Source: Folioceros fuciformis
Lineage: Eukaryota
Length of the DNA stretch: 64,000 bases
Direction: 5' to 3'
Assembly (NCBI GenBank): GCA_049999805.1
Contig: JBNGIO010006294.1
Location: 315,115-379,114 of the forward strand
Shown: one piece after another, positions 61,156 through 64,000 of the stretch
Position numbering within the stretch: position 1 is the stretch's first letter
How the letters are laid out: each line of letters opens with the position of its first letter
Notes under the pieces: model-generated
Told to the model about the DNA's origin: nothing
The model's input: the letters and a program-made list of their open reading frames with translations, nothing else
The model's database searches: none
Position numbers and translations under genes: made by a program

Positions 61156-63325
61156 GGGAATAGAATGGAATGGGGGAGCAGGCCAGGGCAGGGACGGATG
61201 AGATGAGGGAGGGCGGCCTACCTCGCCTTTCTTTTCTTTCTTCCACGTGAGTGGAGTTGCACGGTCGGCCCGCTGTGGCCGGCCTTGCCACCCGCGCCCT
61301 TCTCCTCCCTGCTGCCTGTTGCCTGCTGCCTGCTGAGCAGCCTTCTCCTTCCGTCGTCGTCTCTTTAGACGGCGTCAAACTCTTCTCCGTCCGTTCCCCA
61401 ACCCTTTTTCCCCTCCTTATTTGTTTTCGTGTCCATTTTTCAAACTCTTTCTTCTCCACTCACTCGGGCTTTCGTTCAACTCAAGGGTCTCGCGGAGCTC
61501 TCGGATCCGAGAGCTCGGTAGGTACAGTAGTAACTGGTGTACTTGCATGTAGTGTGCATAGGTGGTAAAAACAGGAACACAAGCTCGGGGCTTTTGACGC
61601 TTTTCACAGCCAGATTCCTATGGGATCCAGCCAGATTCCCGATCATCAAATTTGCTTCCCACTTTTTTGTTTGGTGGAATCCACCCCTCCGGTCCCCCTT
61701 CCACACTCGTCTCCGGAGCTCTTAATCCGTTTTTATTTTGTGCTTAACCATGAGAGAGATAATCTCGTTCCCATGGTACCCAGCCTCCCACCCAGGGCTG
61801 CAGCGTTACAAGACATGGGAGGGATTGCAACAAACCCAAGGCTTATTAATTAGATGGTTGTGCACAAACAGGTTCAGTGTCAAGTGGGAGACGGAGTCTT
61901 CTTCTTGGGGACGTGAATCTCACAGCCGGAAAATAGACGGAGTGATGGGCGGGCGTGGAGCCTCCCTCCGAGGGAAGGACGGAGGCAGGCAACCCCGTCG
62001 TCGTGTAATTTAGACGGCGTGGGGTTGGGCCAGGGGGGCCCGGTGGCGGCACATGGCGTAGGTACCTGCTCATGGCCCGGCCCGAGGCCTGGCCTCGCAC
62101 CCACCACCGGGCGGCGGGCAGCGGGCAGAGAGAGACCAGCCCGCACAGGAATTAACTAATTAAATAAAATTAAAGGCTCCACTGGAAGGTACAGGCACCG
62201 GACGGGTGACCGTCGGTGACATCATTTTACCCTGGTAGAAGAAAAGAGCAGCAGAGCACAAGGTCTCCAGGAGGAAAATTTCAAAAAGGGTTTCGAAAAA
62301 GAAAGAAAGGGCGAGGCGGGCAGGCAAAGGAGTCCTCTTCAGTCCGGTCCAGGCGCATATGAAAGCGGGCCCCGGAGCGCGGGTGCGGGTGCGGGTGCGG
62401 GTGCGCGCTAAGTGGCGGAATCCCGTTTTGGCGTAACTGCCTAACCCCGGTTGGGCCGCGGCCGTTCAACCACACCAATGGCACAATAACCGTGGGTTAA
62501 GCCGCATCGGGCCCGGGTCTCGAAGAGCCCCCGAGGCTCCAATGTGGGAAAAGTGGGCTGCCGCTGCTGCTCCCGCTGCCTCTGCCTCTGGCCTCTGTCC
62601 TCTGGCCTCTGCCGCTGCCGAGCATCTCCATCTCCTCCTCGTCTGGTGCGGTGAGGAGAGGCGCAGGAAGTGTGGGCACGAATGTCTTGTGCTCGCGCCG
62701 GGCTTGCGGGCCAGCTTCACGGGCAAGACGGCTCCCCACCTGCTTCCACCGTCGCTTTCCCAACCCACGCCCATGCGCACCCGCATACGCACACGCACAC
62801 GCAAACCGGGATATTCATTCCTATTTTCCTGGGTTAAAAAAACTCTTTGCCATTATATTCCTCTCCTCCGGTAAGGCATGGCCCGGCCTGACCGAACTGA
62901 CCTGACCTGACCTGACCTGACCTAGCCTTGAACGACATTTCCTTTCCCCGATCGCTGGTCAAGTGGCTATGACACGGCAACCGAGTAAGGCGGGACGATG
63001 GACACGGGACACGGCACACGCAGCTGCTCCCAACTATGCCTTCTGTACAGTCTCACTCTTGCTGCAGTCTACATAGCTCCACATACGAGGCTTCCCACGG
63101 ACTTGGCTGACTATGGTACAGGGGCCTTTGGGCCCAGAAAGTGGCCTGGACAGCACTGGACTACTCGACTGGGCCGGGCCGGGCCCGGCTGGATCGGATC
63201 GGATGGCCTCGGCTAGGCTGCAGTGCAGGGCACGCAGGGCAGACCAGGGATTCCTGTGTTCAACCTCCGGACTTGAACTCCCTTCTCCCTCTGGCCTACT
63301 ACACTCCAACCCCCACGTTGCCTCC

Positions 63326-64000
63326 TTACTGCTTGCCCTTGTACTGAATCATCTCTTCCTTGTACCTTTCCTGACCTGCAAGGGCTTTCTCCGCCCACAC
63401 TTTCTTGCCATCGTCGCCCAATTCCTGCGCAACACATTCCAGCCCTTGTGAGGAACGACAGGGATACATTCAAACCGCCCATTCTCCAGCCAATGCAAGT
63501 GCGCCGGACTTGCCTGCCAAAGCTTCGACACGATTGTGGTGATCTCTCCCAGCTTAGCTCCAGGATTCGCGGTCCTCACTTCCAGCTGCTTATCCTTCCT
63601 GCACCATATCACTTTGTTAACAGTCACCGTTCGTCACATAAAATAAAAGCACAGGTAGATGCGGGTTAGTTAGCAGCTTACGTGAAAAGGTTGTACGCAG
63701 AGGGTGCCCGCTTCGGCTTGTTAGGATCCTTCACCTGCACTTTGACTTTGGCCTTCATTGACACTCCGTCTTTTGCACCCTGTGCCACAACATTGTCCTG
63801 GTGAGGGGACTCAAACTAATGATTTCCCACAACAATATCAAGCCTAAAATAAGACAGAAGGTACCTTCTTCCTCAGAGAAGGAGAAGACTCGGATTCATC
63901 TCCTTCCTCGTCATCACTACCAGGTACATCAGCCTGATCACACGAACCTTCGGGTCAGTCTAAAATTCGAGGGTAACATGCAAGAGCACATCAAACAAAA
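63326..64000 (-). CDS. HMG-box protein, 3' exons (gene runs off the window end)
   Basis: Spliced: ADVPGSDDEEGDESESSPSLRKK | DNVV..KDPNKPKRAPSAYNLFT | KDKQLEVRTANPGAKLGEITTIVSKLWQ | ELGDDGKKVWAEKALAGQERYKEEMIQYKGKQ*. Confidence 0.85.

Noticed and set aside
60239..61459. 406-aa minus-strand ORF
   Set aside because: It is held open by a (TCTCG)n microsatellite and GC-rich sequence (VSSRL repeats) with no domain. Probably leader/intron of the HMG gene.

Overview
Eukaryotic land-plant nuclear DNA with short (~80-130 bp) spliceosomal introns and a compact gene layout. A non-seed-plant source is inferred, not proven. The window opens with a TE nest: the 3' half and LTR of a Ty1/copia element inserted in a decayed Ty3/gypsy pol. 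Genes follow: a divergent GH3 acyl-acid amido synthetase (plus a dead partial duplicate), PLGG1/LrgB-type plastid glycolate/glycerate transporter, cytosolic fructose-bisphosphate aldolase and cytokinin-activating LOG. A TE island at ~25-34.4 kb holds two PIF/Harbinger copies, a CRE-like non-LTR retrotransposon, a hAT remnant and a possible Helitron 3' end. After a microsatellite-rich region come an SSUH2-like gene, an sHSP pseudogene, orphan ORFs, an intronless CPSF100, a secreted root-cap-domain protein, a LEA_2 protein, an amino-acid transporter, a 3xHMG-box gene with an atypical acidic N-terminus and the 3' end of a second HMG-box gene. There are two N-gaps. I saw no rRNA, tRNA or CRISPR array, and I cannot claim a wholly new biological system. 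The best leads are the divergent GH3, intronless CPSF100, the atypical HMG pair, the CRE-in-Harbinger nest and the orphan ORFs. All calls come from motif recognition by eye, with no database search.
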